Shown here: one piece after another, positions 43,340 to 56,483 of the stretch
Layout: every line of letters begins with the position of its first letter
How positions within the stretch are numbered: position 1 is the stretch's first letter
From: Macrostomum lignano
Lineage: Eukaryota
Direction: 5' to 3'
NCBI GenBank assembly: GCA_002269645.1
Contig: NIVC01001007.1
Coordinates: forward strand, 186,001 to 250,000
DNA length: 64,000 bases
Made by a program: the position numbers and the translations under genes
The notes under the pieces: generated by a model
Told to the model about the DNA's origin: nothing
The model's database searches: none
What the model saw: only the letters and a program-made list of their open reading frames with translations

Positions 43340-43931
43340 CCCTATAGGAAAAAGTTGTAAAACCGCGGACGGTGTCCGGCACACTTTTGAAATTTTTCTA
43401 AAGCGCAGCGCGCGCACAGGCGCAGCGCCTGCGCGCGCTGCCCTTTCTTACTGGCTGCTGCTCTAGCAAATACATATACATGGAAATGGGTATAATACCT
43501 CTGTTGAAGGGGCTTATACACTCGTAATTTATTAAGCTTAGAGATGTTCCGAAAATTCAATTTCAATTTTCCAAAATTTGAAATTTTTTAGAGCGAATTT
43601 CAATTTCGAAATAAAATTTAGAAGTGAAAATTTTGGTAGTGTCTAAAAAGTCGCTAAAAATAAACTACTTTCTACTACATATACATGTATTACTTTTTGC
43701 TTAAGCAGTAAATTGAAAGTAAAAAAGTGAGTGTTGATCATACTCAACTTTGTTTTTCTGAATTATGATTTCGGGAAATTTCAATTTTGATTTTGGAAAG
43801 TTAGCGAATTTTGATTTCGACGAAACTGCAGATCTTTCGGAATATCTCTAATAATCCTAAAGTGCGGTAAAATAGTTTGACTCTTTTCTAAAGCGCGCGT
43901 CCGCGGGTTTTTAACATTTATTCCAATAGGG
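43340..43931. mobile_element. Non-autonomous DNA transposon with CCCTAT termini and 8-bp TSD (MULE-like?), carrying a nested hAT-like MITE (43539-43850)
   Basis: CCCTATAGGAAAAAG...CCAATAGGG; TSD GGCATAAG at 43332-43339 and 43932-43939. Inner TAGAGATGTTCCGAAA...TTTCGGAATATCTCTA. Confidence 0.72.
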
Positions 43932-44804
43932 GGCATAAGTTGTCACAAAAATGCCCATCCAAAAGAATATAGATATAGATATAGATATAGATATAGATAT
44001 TTCATAGGCAACTTGCATTTTTTGGTAAAAAAAGTAAATCACATAGCCAGTCTAAATCAGGGGGGTTGTGCATGTATAATTAGGGAGTAAGAAAAAAAGA
44101 AGAATGGAAAGGAGAGAAAAAAAGGGGCAAGAAAAAGAAAAAATATAGTAAAGAGTTGAGAAGAGATACAAACCTTGAGCAAATTAGATTGTTAATACAG
44201 TTTCAAAAGACCAATAAAAGATAGATTATTTTAATATTTTAATATTTCAAAGGATAAAGGAGCTTTGTTAGCTATATGTGACTTTCTTTTAGACTAAGCC
44301 TAACTTAAAATAGTAAATAAAAAATACTATTGTGAAAATAGCTTATATCTATCATGTTATAAATCAAATAGAAAGAACTGTAGTTATTAAAACATTTGCA
44401 ATAGCTTTATATATGATATGATAGTAAGTTGCTTTTTATAATGTAGTGAGTGGTACTTTTAATAGAATTTTCAAGTTTACAAAGGTCTTTGTATGCTGTA
44501 TAAAATGTGCATTGCATTACATACAGTTGTGTATTTTTATTATTGAAATTCAATTAAAATTGAAATAAAGTTGCAACCCTTCAGATTATTGCCAAATGGA
44601 TATAAATAAAAAGGCCAAGTACAACTGTAGAAAGAGCAACTAAGTTTTTTAGATTTCCAAAAAATATTTATGTAAATTTCTTTAAATAAAAAAGTTCATG
44701 TTTTGCATAAATATGATATTAAATTCTGAGAAAGTCACAAATATATATATTTCTATTTTAGAAGCCGATTCTGCCCACTACTGTTTTCTCTGCTTCTGCA
44801 AGCA

Positions 44805-45837
44805 ATGTCCCTATGCGACTATGCAGTTGATGTTTGTCTAAAGGCCTGCACTCCATCTCTGGCCTCATCAAAGACTGCATGTCAAACTAAGCCTACAGCA
44901 TCAATCAATATGGAAAAGATGAGTCAGAGTCATCTGTTCTCAATTTTAACTGCAGTTTGCGCTTCACCGCTGCAGTCTAAGCAGGCGCCAGCAATTGCAG
45001 TTGAGAACAGTACTCCGCCACCAGTAAAGCTACATTCGCCGCCATCTCCGCAGTTTTGTTATAATCAACCAGCTCCATCATCGGATGCAGAATTCTCCGA
45101 TTCCGAAATCGACAGCGATGACTCCGACTATAATTGGGTGTCATTTGATTATCCGGAATTGACTGCCGATCAGCGACTGGACTATGAGCGCTTGAAAGCT
45201 GAGGCCGATTGGATTTGCATCTGCTGCGCCGCCTCCAGACAGCGGGGCGAGTGCGGCAGACATTTCCTGTCCGATAAGAGTGGGAGACAGGTTTGTATGC
45301 TCTGCATTCTGTGTTGATGCCCTCGGTTGTTTGTTGCCCTCCTCACCTGGGCATTTGATGGATTGTTTGTTACCCTCCTCACCTGGGCATTTGATGGATT
45401 GTTTGTTACCCTCCTCACCTGGGCATTTGATGGATTGTTTGTTACCCTCCTCACCTGGTCATTTGATGGATTGTTTGTTACCCTCCTCACCTAGGCATTT
45501 GATGGATTGTAAAGTTTGTTACCCTCCTCACCCGGTAATTAAAAATCTGCTATTTTACCAAACTGAAGTACATTGTTTTTCCTTATACCTATACTTAAAC
45601 TTTCAAACCCGTTACCAGGTCAAAGTGCGCTTCGACCAACGACCCTCAGAGGTGCACGAGATTGACTCCGGGCCTTATGAGGCCGACGCGTATAGAGCAG
45701 CACGTCGGGACGATTACTTGAGCGCCAAATTCAGTTTCCAAGCGGATGTGCAGAGAGCGGAACGCTTCTTATCCAGAGTACTCACCAAGCAGCACCGGGA
45801 GCAGATGTGGAAGTACATTGCCGAGCGGACTAATTAA
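44805..45837 (+). CDS. PPP1R15: PPP1R15 (GADD34/CReP)-like PP1 regulatory subunit; exons 44805-45290, 45619-45837, ~234 aa
   Basis: In-frame CAG|GT...CCAG|GTC splice. The C-terminus KVRF...EVHEI...AYRAARR...F..DVQRAERFLSRVLTKQHREQMW resembles the PPP1R15 KVRF...AYRAARK...RF...L.P.L...HR domain. An acidic SDSEIDSDDSD tract precedes it. Confidence 0.75.
45330..45530. repeat. 36-bp minisatellite in the PPP1R15 intron
   Basis: CCCTCCTCACCTGGGCATTTGATGGATTGTTTGTTA, about 5 copies. Confidence 0.93.
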
Positions 45838-47039
45838 AATTTAAAATAAAAAACCTGCACGTTTTCAGTAAAACGTGCGTACTTAAATTTTTTAGGAAAC
45901 GTAGCTCCCCATCCTACTACTCAAGTAGTCCTTGGCGTGCCTGCAATACAGACTGCTTATTAAAATCGAATTTAATATCTCAATACTATGGAGTACAACA
46001 GCCCTTCTCTGCATCGTCCCTGTTCTGAGGTGCCAGCTGTCTCATTCGTATTATCATTCAATTTAGTCATTCAGCTAGAGTACTAGATAATGTTGTACTA
46101 TGATGGATTTTAATGCTCGTATAAAGCCTCTGTATCTGGCCCTCGGGTCCTTTGAAACTGCAATAGCAATCCGGGCCCTCTCAAGCTTTGTCTCCTCTCT
46201 CCTCGTCTCTCCTACCCCACTCTTCTCTCCTCTCCCCTCTCCTCTAATCTCTCTCCCGTTCCTCTCATCTATCATCTCGTCTCTCCTCTCCTCTCCTCGT
46301 CTCTCCCCTCTCCTCTCTTCAAGGTTTCAAAGGTTTCGAAGCCGCTTTTAAAATTACAATACAACCCTATAGGACACAAATAAGGTAGGCGCATTTTTAG
46401 GTTCTGTATCGGAGGCTCTTAAACAGTAATTAATCTTAATGCTTGTCATTGTCTTCTTATAGTTTGCCATGTTATCGTAACTAACAAGTGGATCTTGCTT
46501 GTGCCTTTCTGTATTATGTGACCGTATTTAAATATGCTGTGTACTGCCCTCCTAGCTAGTATATGCTTTACTTTATTTCCATGTCAATATACTCTCCCAA
46601 TTCGATTCAAACTATTGATTTATTCAGTCTTGCACGCCTGCATTGTACTTTGTAATAAAAAAATGAAAGAAATATCTGATGGCTTTTGAATATATCGATG
46701 GCTATTTTTCATTGGTATTCGGGCTTGCTATGTGTCATAAATTTATTTTGTCGCTTATAATATTGATTTTACATAACCTGTTTAACCGCCCACTTGGAAA
46801 AAATTAGTTTGACTTTTTTATTTATTTTTTGACACAAAAATAAGCAAAAATTACAAGTTAAGTTTGAAAATCTGCAAAGCATTTTCTATATTTATTTCTT
46901 CCTCCCCTGATAAGTCTCTTTTAATCCCAAAACATTTTCTGTTAGCTTATAGCCGAACATCTGTGACACATGATTTTCCTGTGTAACTTTTTATTTGCTT
47001 TCTCCTGTGTTACCTAGACTAATGCGCATTTAATGCCTA

Positions 47040-47745
47040 ACAACCCCACCCTATGCCATAAACTAATGCACATCCAATACCCAACAACCCCACTCCATGC
47101 CATAAACTAATGCACATCCAATACCCAGAACCCCACTCCATGCCATAAACTAATGCACATCCAATACCCAACAACCCCACCCTATGCCATAAACTAATGC
47201 ACATCCAATACCCAACAACCCCACCCTATGCCATAAACTAATGCACATCCAATACCCAACAACCCCACCCTATGCCAAAAACTAATGCACATCCAATACC
47301 CAACAACCCCACCCTATGCCATAAACTAATGCACATCCAATACCCAACAACCCCACCCTATGCCATAAACTAATGCACATCCAATACCCAACAACCCCAC
47401 CCTATGCCATAAACTAATGCACATCCAATACCCAACAACCCCACTCAATACCATAAACTAATGCACATCCAATACCCAACAACCCCACCCTATGCCATAA
47501 ACTAATGCACATCCAATACCCAACAACCCCACCCTATGCCATAAACTAATGCACATCCAATACCCAACAACCCCACCCTATGCCATAAACTAATGCACAT
47601 CCAATACCCAACAACCCCACCCTATGCCATAAACTAATGCACATCCAATACCCAACAACCCCACCCTATGCCATAAACTAATGCACATCCAATACCCAAC
47701 AACCCCACCCTATGCCATAAACTAATGCACATCCAATACCCAACA
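47040..47745. repeat. 44-bp minisatellite, ~16 copies
   Basis: CAACCCCACCCTATGCCATAAACTAATGCACATCCAATACCCAA. Confidence 0.96.
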
Positions 47746-48419
47746 AGTTTGCAAGTTTGTGTTGAAATTTTGGATGAAAAGTTGACATTATTTTGTGTCT
47801 ACTAGTATGTGTACGAGTTCAATATAGTAAAATATTTTGTTTGCAAAAGCAACTGAAAAATTTTGTTTGAGATCCTATTGCTAATTAAGTGTCTTTCAGT
47901 TGTTAAATCATTTCATATGACAGTTTTTTTTATCGTAAAATCAATGATGAGTTTTAGACACTTGACCTGACATCAATATTGATGCGAAAATTTTATTATT
48001 CTGAGTTATAAACATCATAATTAATTTGGAATTTAAAATTGCGCAAACCTGCACCTAAACTATTTAAAACGAAGTTTTTTTTATTCTACTAAATCATTTT
48101 CAGAGCCTGCCAATGCAAGCAAGCCGCTGTATTCAATCACATAGTTCTAATTACTTAAATAATTAAGGTAAGTCATAATTATTATAATCTATACTTACAT
48201 GTTTTTTTCCTTGCTAATAAAATACCGAGTAATTAACCATGATGCCTAATTGACACTTGACCTGAATTTTAATTATTGATGTCAAAATTGTATCAACTTC
48301 TGAGTTAATTAAAGAAACGTTTATTGAAGTTTAAATTTGTATTTGATTAAAATATGATCATATATATTAACTCAACTATTATTGCTCTCAAAATTACAGG
48401 CTCTCATCTTTGGAGAACA

Positions 48420-51400
48420 ATGTCTCAGCTTACAATTCTTCGATTAGCCAGAAAGGTAAATAGTTTATATTGTTAGGCCTGTATTTTTTGCACAATTGCT
48501 AATCTAAGTAGATACTTATTGTTGTTCTAGATACTGTGGCTAATAAAATAGCCGATATAGCCGGTATCGAAACTTATCGTGTGTATTTAAGATCAAGTAC
48601 TTTATAAACTAGCCGATATGTATCGAAAATTGTATAGTACCAATTCAGGGAATGTACTTTATAAAAATAGCCGATATGCATCGAAAATTTTATGGTACCA
48701 ATCGTACATGCGCAACCTTGGGAATCACTCGGCCGTTTCCATTGGCAACACACACATGTAAGTCGCTATTGGCTGCGAGCAGTCACGACTACTATTCCGT
48801 CCAATAGCGACTTACATGTGTGTGTTGCCAATAGAAACGCCCGGGCGAATCTCTAGGTTGCGCCCAAGCATGGTTCCAATTCAGGGCAATGTACTTTATA
48901 ATAAAGCCGATGTGTATTGAAAATTGTATAGTGCCCATTCAGGGAAATGTACTTTATAAAAATAGCCGACATGGATCGAAAACTGTATGGTACCAATCCA
49001 GGGCAATGTACTTTATAAAAATAGCCGACATGTATCGAAAATTGTATGGTACCAATCCAGGGCCATGTACTTTATAAAAATAGCCGACATGTATCGAAAA
49101 TTCTATGGTACCAATTCATGGCAATGTACTTTATAAAAATAGCCGACATGTATCGAAAACTGTATGGTACCAATCCAAGGCAATGTACTTTATAAAAATA
49201 GCCGACATGTATCGAAAATTCTATGGTACCAATTCATGGCAATGTACTTTATAAAAATAGCCGACATGTATCGAAAACTGTATGGTACCAATCCAGGGCA
49301 ATGTACTTTATAAAAATAGCCGACATGTATCGAAAACTGTTGGGTACCAATCCAGGGCCATGTACTTTATAATAAAGCCAATGTGTATTGAAAATTGTAT
49401 AGTGCCCATTCAGGGGAATGTACTTTATAAAATAGCCGATATGTATCGAAAAAATATATTTCAGTGCCGCCGGCCATTCATTCTATCGACAATCAGCAGT
49501 TCATCGTCAGCATTCAGCACCGCTGCCACTTCGCCGTCCGAGGCTCCCTCCGCTGCCGCAGCCCATCTGGTGGACTCAGTTAACGCGTTAAGCCGCCTTA
49601 GAAGTCGCCCTCATCAACAGCAGAGCGGCGGCACCAGATTAGCTCGTCGTTTTGTCGAATTTGTCGATCCGTCGTCAAAATCCAGCGCGTGTGCCACTGG
49701 CCTATTCGGCATAGAGGAACTGCGGCATGGTCCTTCGGGCTTTGCTAGACTTCAAAGCGAAGTCATCGATACAGTGTCCAGGCTGCTTGGAGAGGCGGCA
49801 GCGGTCGGTCCCGGCGGTCGGCAGCGCTCGATGGTCAGCATCCTAGACGACATGTCCAACGCCGTCTGTCGAGTAGCCGACATGGCCGACTGCGTCCGTC
49901 AGCTTCATCCGCTAGTCGAATACCGAAACGCCGCCGAGGAGACCTGCGTTGCCATAGCAACCCTAGTCGAATCGTTAAACACAAATCGGGAATTATACGA
50001 TCGGCTAGTTGAAGCCATCAGAGATTCGGGACCGAATGGCGACGCGGCGAGGTTCAACACTGATCAAGTTGATCACAGAGTTGGCGAATTGTTAATTTGG
50101 GATTTTCTGCAGAGCGGAGTCCACCTGGACGCTAATAGCGGCGAGTCCAACAGATTTGTGTCCGCCTGTAGTCGGGCTTTCCTACTTGGCGCAGAATTTT
50201 CGCGCGGCGCCATGCAACCAGCGCCGGCGCCAATTGGCGCCACGTCGCTGTCGTCTTCAACGTTGATTGACGCGGCTGGGGAGCACCCGGACTCCGGGGT
50301 TCGGCGGGCCGCGTATGCCGCCTTTTATGCCGAAATGCCCAGTCAGGTAAAGGCCTTTGGTTTTATGACTATAGATTCTAAGAATCGCACTTTGTAGCAT
50401 TTACTAATTCACGGATTCTAAGATTCACGGTTTTTCATCGATTGTCCCAATCGCCCATTCATCAATGATCAATGAGCAGAATCGCCTCTCGATCAATGAG
50501 AATCGCCTCTTGAACACTGAGAATCTCCCCTTGATCAATGAGAAGAGTCGGCCCTTAATTAATGAGAAAAATCGCCCCTTGATCACTGAAAGGAATCTCC
50601 CGTTGATCAATGAGAAGAATCACCGCTTTATCAATAAGAAGAATTACCGCTTGATCAATAAAAAAATCTCCCCTTGATCTATGATAAGAATCTCCTTGAT
50701 CTATGATAAGAGTCACCCCTTGATCTAATGATAAGTCACCCCTTGATCAATAAGAAGAATCACCGCTTGATTAATGAGAAGAATCACCCCTTGATCAATG
50801 AAAAGAATCTCCTTGATCTATGATAAGAGTCACCCCTTGATCTAATGATAAGTCACCCCTTGATCAATAAGAAGAATCACCGCTTGATTAATGAGAAGAA
50901 TCACCCCTTGATCAATGAAAAGAATCTCCTTGATCTATGATAAGAGTCACCCCTTGATCTAATGATAAGTCACCCCTTGATCAATAAGAAGAATCACCGC
51001 TTGATTAATGAGAAGAATCACCCCTTGATCAATGAAAAGAATCTCCTTGATCTATGATAAGAGTCACCCCTTGATCTAATGATAAGTCACCCCTTGATCA
51101 ATAAGAAGAATCGCCCCTTGATCAATGAGAAGAATCACCGCTTGATAGATAAGAAAAATCATCGCTTGATCGATAAGAAGAATCGCCGCTTGATAAATGA
51201 GAAAAATCGCCGCTTGATAAATGAGAAGAATCACCCCTTGATCAATGAAAAGAATCTCCTTGATCAATGAGAAGAATTACCGCTTGATCAATGAGAAGAA
51301 TCACCGCTTGATCTATGAGAAGAATCGCCGCTTGATCAATGAGATGAATCACCGCTTGATCAATGAAAAGAATCTCCCCTTGATCAATGATAAGAGTCAC

Positions 51401-54400
51401 CCCTTGATCAATGAGAAGAATCACCGCTTGATCAATGAGAAGAATCACCCCTTGATCAATGAAAAGAATCTCCCCTTAATCAATAAGAATCGCCTCTTGA
51501 TCACTGAAAATCGCCCATTAATTAAAAGGAAGAGTCGCCCCTTGATCAAGGCGGAGAATCGCCCCCAATCAATAAGAATCGCTCCCAATCAATAAGAATC
51601 GCCCCCAATCAATAAGAATCACCCCCCAAACAATAAGAATCGCCCCCAATCAATAAGAATCACCCCCCAAACAATAATCGCCCCCAATCAATTGGAATCG
51701 CCCCCAATCAATAAGAATCGCCCCCAATCAATAAGAATCACCCCCCCCCAAACAATAAGAATCGCTCCCAATCAATAAGAATCGCTCCCAATCAATAAGA
51801 ATCGCTCCCAATCAATAAGAATCGCTCCCAATCAATAAGAATCGCCCCCAAACAATAAGAATCGCCCCCAATCAATTGGAGTCGCCGCCAATCATTGAGA
51901 ATCGCCCCCAATCAATAAGAATACCCCCCCCCAAACAATAAGAACCTCCCCCAAACAATAAGAATCGCCCCCAATCATTGAGAATCGCTCCGAATCAATA
52001 AGAATCGCCCCCAAACAATAAGAATCGCTCCGAATCAATAAGAATCGCCCCCAAACAATAAGAATCGCTCCCAATCAATAAGAATCGCTCCCCATCAATA
52101 AGAATTGCTCCCAATCAATAAGAATCGCTCCCAATCAATAAGAATCGCCCCCAATCAATAAGAATCGCTCCCAATCAATAAGAATCGCTCTCCATCAATA
52201 AGAATCGCTCCCAATCAATAAGAATCGCCCCCAATCAATAAGAATCGCTCCCAATCAATAAGAATCGCCCCCAATCAATAAGAATCGCTCCCAATCAATA
52301 AGAATCGCTCCCCATCAATAAGAATTGCTCCCAATCAATAAGAATCGCTCCCAATCAATAAGAATCGCTCCCAATCAATAAGAATCGCTCCCAATCAATA
52401 AGAGTCGCCCCGACAACTCGCCACTCGCAGGAGGCAACCCTCTGCCAGCTGCTGTCAACCAGGTTAGAAATCGCCAGATTAGCCGGTTTCAAATCGTTTG
52501 CCGACAGAGCCACGGCGGGCTCTCTGCTGGATTCCCCGGAATCAGTTCGAGCTTTTCTTACCGGCTTAGCTGACCGTTTGGAGTCTTCTGCTGCTCGGGA
52601 CGCTAAAACTATGCGTCGCTATCTTGGTATTGAAGGTAGCGGAGATAAGGCGCTTGGCGAGACTGTTGGAGCCTGGGACTTTGTCTATTTGGTCAATGTG
52701 GCTACCGCCGCTTGTTTTAAAGGTGAGGCACTGATGGGGTGTGGGAAGGCTCTGATGGGATATGGGAAGACACTGATGGGATATAGGAAGACACTTATGG
52801 GATATGGGAAGACACTGATGGGATGTGGGAAGACACTGATGGGATGTGGGAAGACACTGATGGGATATGGGAAGACACTGATGGGATATAGGAAGACACT
52901 GATGGGATATGGGAAGACACTGATGGGATATGGGAAGGCTCTGATGGGATGTGGGAAGACACTGATTGGATATGGGAAGACACTGATAGGATATGGGAAG
53001 ACACTGATGGGATATGGGAAGACACTGATTGGATATGGAAAGACACTGATGGGATGTGGGAAGACACTGATGGGATATGGGAAGGCTCTGATGGGATGTG
53101 GGAAGACACTGATTGGATATGGGAAGACACTGATAGGATATGGGAAGACACTGATGGGATATGGGAAGACACTGATTGGATATGGAAAGACACTGATGGG
53201 ATGTGGGAAGACACTGATGGGATATGGGAAGACACTGATAGGATATGGGAAGACATTGATGGGATATGGGAAGACACTGATGGGATGTAGGAAGACACTG
53301 ATGTGATATGGGAAGACACTGATAGAATAAGGGGAAGACACTGATGGGATATGGGAAGACACTGATGGGATGTAGGAAGACACTGATGTGATATGGGAAA
53401 ACACTGATAGAATAAGGGGAAGACACTGATGGGATATGGGAAGACACTGATAGAATAAGGGGAAGACACTGATGGGATATGGGAAGACACTGATAGAATA
53501 AGGGGAAGACACTGATGTGATATGGGAAGACACTGATGTGATATGGGAAGACACTGATGGGATATGGGAAGACACTGATGAGATGTGAGAAGACACTGAT
53601 GTGATATGGGAAGACACTGATGGGATGTGGGAAGACACTGATGGGATATGGGAAGACACTGATGGGATATGGGAAGACACTCATAGATTAAGGGAAGACA
53701 GACACTAAATCACACGCATGCAATCTCCCATTCTGCAGGAGATCCAGCCTCCCGTAACATTGAAGAGTTCTTCTCCATCGGAAGCTGTTTATCTGGCATA
53801 GCCTACGTGGCCGAACGCCTATTCAACGTGCAACTCTGCCTAGTTGAGTCTCCACTAGACGGTGAAGTCTGGGATAGTCGAGTATTTAAAATCAACGTTC
53901 GTCGTAACCATGGCAACGCAGGCGCAGGCGAAGATCTAGGCAGTATTTATTGCGATTTCTTTCCCCGAGCGGGCAAGCCAGTTCAGGATTGTCATTTCAC
54001 TATTCGAGGCGGTCGCAGCGGCCCCAACCCGCCGCATCAGCCGCCTATAGTGTGCCTGCAGCTGCAGTGCCCGGACCCTGCCATGGGTTCAGTGAGTGCG
54101 CCAAGCCTGCTGTCCCCTGGCCAAGTGGAGAATCTGTTTCACGAGTTCGGGCACGCCCTGCATTCGGTACTCGGCTGCACAAGGTATCAGCACGTGACTG
54201 GGACCAGGTGCAGCACTGATCTGGCCGAGGTGCCCAGCACCATCATGGAGATGTTCGCCTTTCGGCCTGAGGTGCTTAAGCACTATGCTAAGTGAGTCTG
54301 TCACTCGCTAATCTTCAGTTGCTGAGCCACCAGCCTCCCAGATCCCCAGTTGCTGGACCAGCCTCCCAGATCCCCAGTTGCTGGGCCAGCCTCCCAGATC

Positions 54401-55504
54401 CTCAGTTGCTGGGCCAGCCTCCCAGATCCTCAGTTGCTGGGCCAGCCTCCCAGATCCTCAGTTGCTGGGCCAGCCTCCCAGATCCTCAGTTGCTGGGCCA
54501 GCCTCCCAGATCGTCAGTTGCTGAGCCACCAGTCTCCCAGATCCCCAGTTGCTGGGCCAGCCTCCCAGATCCCCAGTTGCTGAGCCACCAGCCTCCCAGA
54601 TCCCCAGTTGCTGAGCCACCAGTCTCCCAGATCCCCAGTTGCTGGGCCAGCCTCCCAGATCCCCAGTTGCTGAGCCACCAGCCTCCCAGATCTACAGTTG
54701 CTGAGCCACCAGTCTCCCAGATCCCCAGTTGCTGGGCCAGCCTCCCAGATCCCCAGTTGCTGGGCCAGCCTCCCAGATCCCAGTTGCTGGGCCAGCCTCC
54801 CGGATCCGGGTTGCTCACCTACCCTCCCATATCGTATATAAAGTTGAACAGTAATCCTAGTTATTCCAAAGGTATATTTGAGAAATACCCTTTCTGCTTT
54901 CTGTCTGCAAATTAAAAGTTTCCCGTCAGTCAGATCTACTTGTACACTACTGCAAGTAGCCTACGCAGACTCTACCGTATAAAATGATAAAGTCGCCTGC
55001 TATTCCCGCAGGCACTGGCGCACTGGCGAACCGTTGCCAGAACGGCTGTACGCCCCGCTGCAGGCATCGCGCCACGTTCTGCCTGGCGTCAGTCGGCAGC
55101 AGCAGATTCTGTACTCCATGCTGGACATGGAGCTGCATTCGTCGGATCCGCCGCCTACGCAGGATAAGCCCAGCACTACCGCTGTGTTCCAACAGTTGGC
55201 CAGCAGGCCCAGTCTGCGCTATTTACCGGTGCCCCCGCCTGGTACGGCTTGGCAACACCGGTTCACTCACCTGGTTGGCTACGGAGCTAAATATCACGCT
55301 TACCTGGTGTCTAAAGCCATCGCTTCTCTGGTCTGGTCAACCAGATTTGCCAAGGATCCTCTGTGCTCCTCGGCTGGCAGGGACTACGAACTGAGACTGC
55401 TGGCCAGGGGCGGCGAGGAGTCCACGGCTAGCATGGTGGCGGAGCTGACTGGGCAGTCAGTTACTGTTGACTGTCTGGTTGATGCTTTGGCTGCCAATTT
55501 GTAG
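48420..55504 (+). CDS. MIPEP: Mitochondrial intermediate peptidase (M3 family); exons 48420-48455, 49465-50346, 52431-52722, 53739-54291, 55012-55504
   Basis: Targeting-peptide-like start MSQLTILRLARK; DDMSNAVCRVADMADCVRQLHP; LNTN..LY; zinc motif FHEFGHALHS; TGTRCSTDLAEVPS; FTHLVGYGAKYHAYL. All junctions are GT-AG and in phase. Confidence 0.95.
48560..49455. repeat. ~59-60-bp minisatellite in MIPEP intron 1
   Basis: GTACTTTATAAAAATAGCCGACATGTATCGAAAA(T/C)TGTATGGTACCAATCCAGGGCAAT variants. Confidence 0.92.
48705..48877. mobile_element. ~175-bp palindromic element, copy 2 (inverted relative to 19208-19384)
   Basis: It interrupts a minisatellite unit TATGGTACCAAT|...|TCAGGGCAATG. Confidence 0.8.
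50450..52410. repeat. Compound minisatellite in MIPEP intron 2 (~23-bp unit grading into a 20-bp unit)
   Basis: TTGATCAATGAGAAGAATCACC(G/C)C on the left and CAATCAATAAGAATCGC(C/T)CC on the right. A 117-bp block recurs at 50701, 50818, 50935 and 51052. Confidence 0.95.
52725..53700. repeat. 21-bp minisatellite filling MIPEP intron 3
   Basis: GATGGGATATGGGAAGACACT, starting right at the GTGAG donor. Confidence 0.96.
54315..54810. repeat. 28-bp minisatellite family, array 1 (MIPEP intron 4)
   Basis: CAGTTGCTGGGCCAGCCTCCCAGATC(C/T)(T/C). Confidence 0.95.
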
Positions 55505-55634
55505 TTGAGATTGTTGATCTTATTATTCTGAAATCTGGCCCTCAGTCACTATTTTCATACCAGAATTAGTGTGCTTTAGGATTGAATTTGAATATCGCTG
55601 ATCGTTGCTTTAATCGTTTTCTATCTAACAGAAG

Positions 55635-56110
55635 CCGCAGATCCTCAGTTGCTGGGCCAGCCTCCCAGAGTGTCAGTTGCTGGGCCAGCCTCCCAGATCT
55701 TCAGTTGCTGGGCAGCCAGCCTCCCAGATCCCCAGTTGCTGGGCCAGCCTCCCAGAGTGTCAGTTGCTGGGCCAGCCTCCCAGATCCCCAGTTGCTGGGC
55801 CAGCCTCCCAGATCCCCAGTTGCTGGGCCAGCCTCCCAGATCTTCAGTTGCTGGGACAGCCTCCCAGATGCTCAGTTGCTGGGCCAGCCTCCCAGATCCC
55901 CAGTTGCTGGGCCAGCCTCCCAGATCCTCAGTTGCTGGGACAGCCTCCCAGATTCCCAGTTGCTGGGCCAGCCTCCCAGATCCTCAGTTGCTGGGACAGC
56001 CTCCCAGATCCTCAGTTTCTGGGTCAGCCTCCCAGATCCTCAGTTGCTGGGTCAGCCTCCCAGATCCTCAGTTGCTGAGCCAGCCTCCCAGATCCCCAGT
56101 TGCTGAGCCA
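55635..56110. repeat. 28-bp minisatellite family, array 2 (between MIPEP and KMT5A)
   Basis: Same unit as 54315-54810. Confidence 0.95.
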
Positions 56111-56483
56111 GCCATATGACATGCATTGTTCATGCTTCCATCAAATATTTGCCTACCAAAGCAAAAACAGCTCTTATCAGTAGTATTTCATATTTTTATT
56201 TCGCTAGGCGGGACTAGGAATTCGCTCCCCAATGTAAATTTCGATGTTATCAAATTTAAAATTTTTTATCCTGATTCTATCGTGTCTGCGAGTCTTTCGC
56301 CATGTAATAAAGCATTGAAGTTTTTTACTGTCTTCGAAGTCCTACCTGATGCTTTCGGTTATTTCTATAATTTTAGCAATGCTACTTATAGTAGAGTAGT
56401 GTTGAAAAATAGCCTTATAAAAGCAGCATTATATTCTAATTGCAGCATTGAATTGCAAGTGCAGCATATTGATAAAGATCATA

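Noticed and set aside
46180-46320. CT-rich tract and its ORFs
   Set aside because: Low-complexity sequence with no coding signal.
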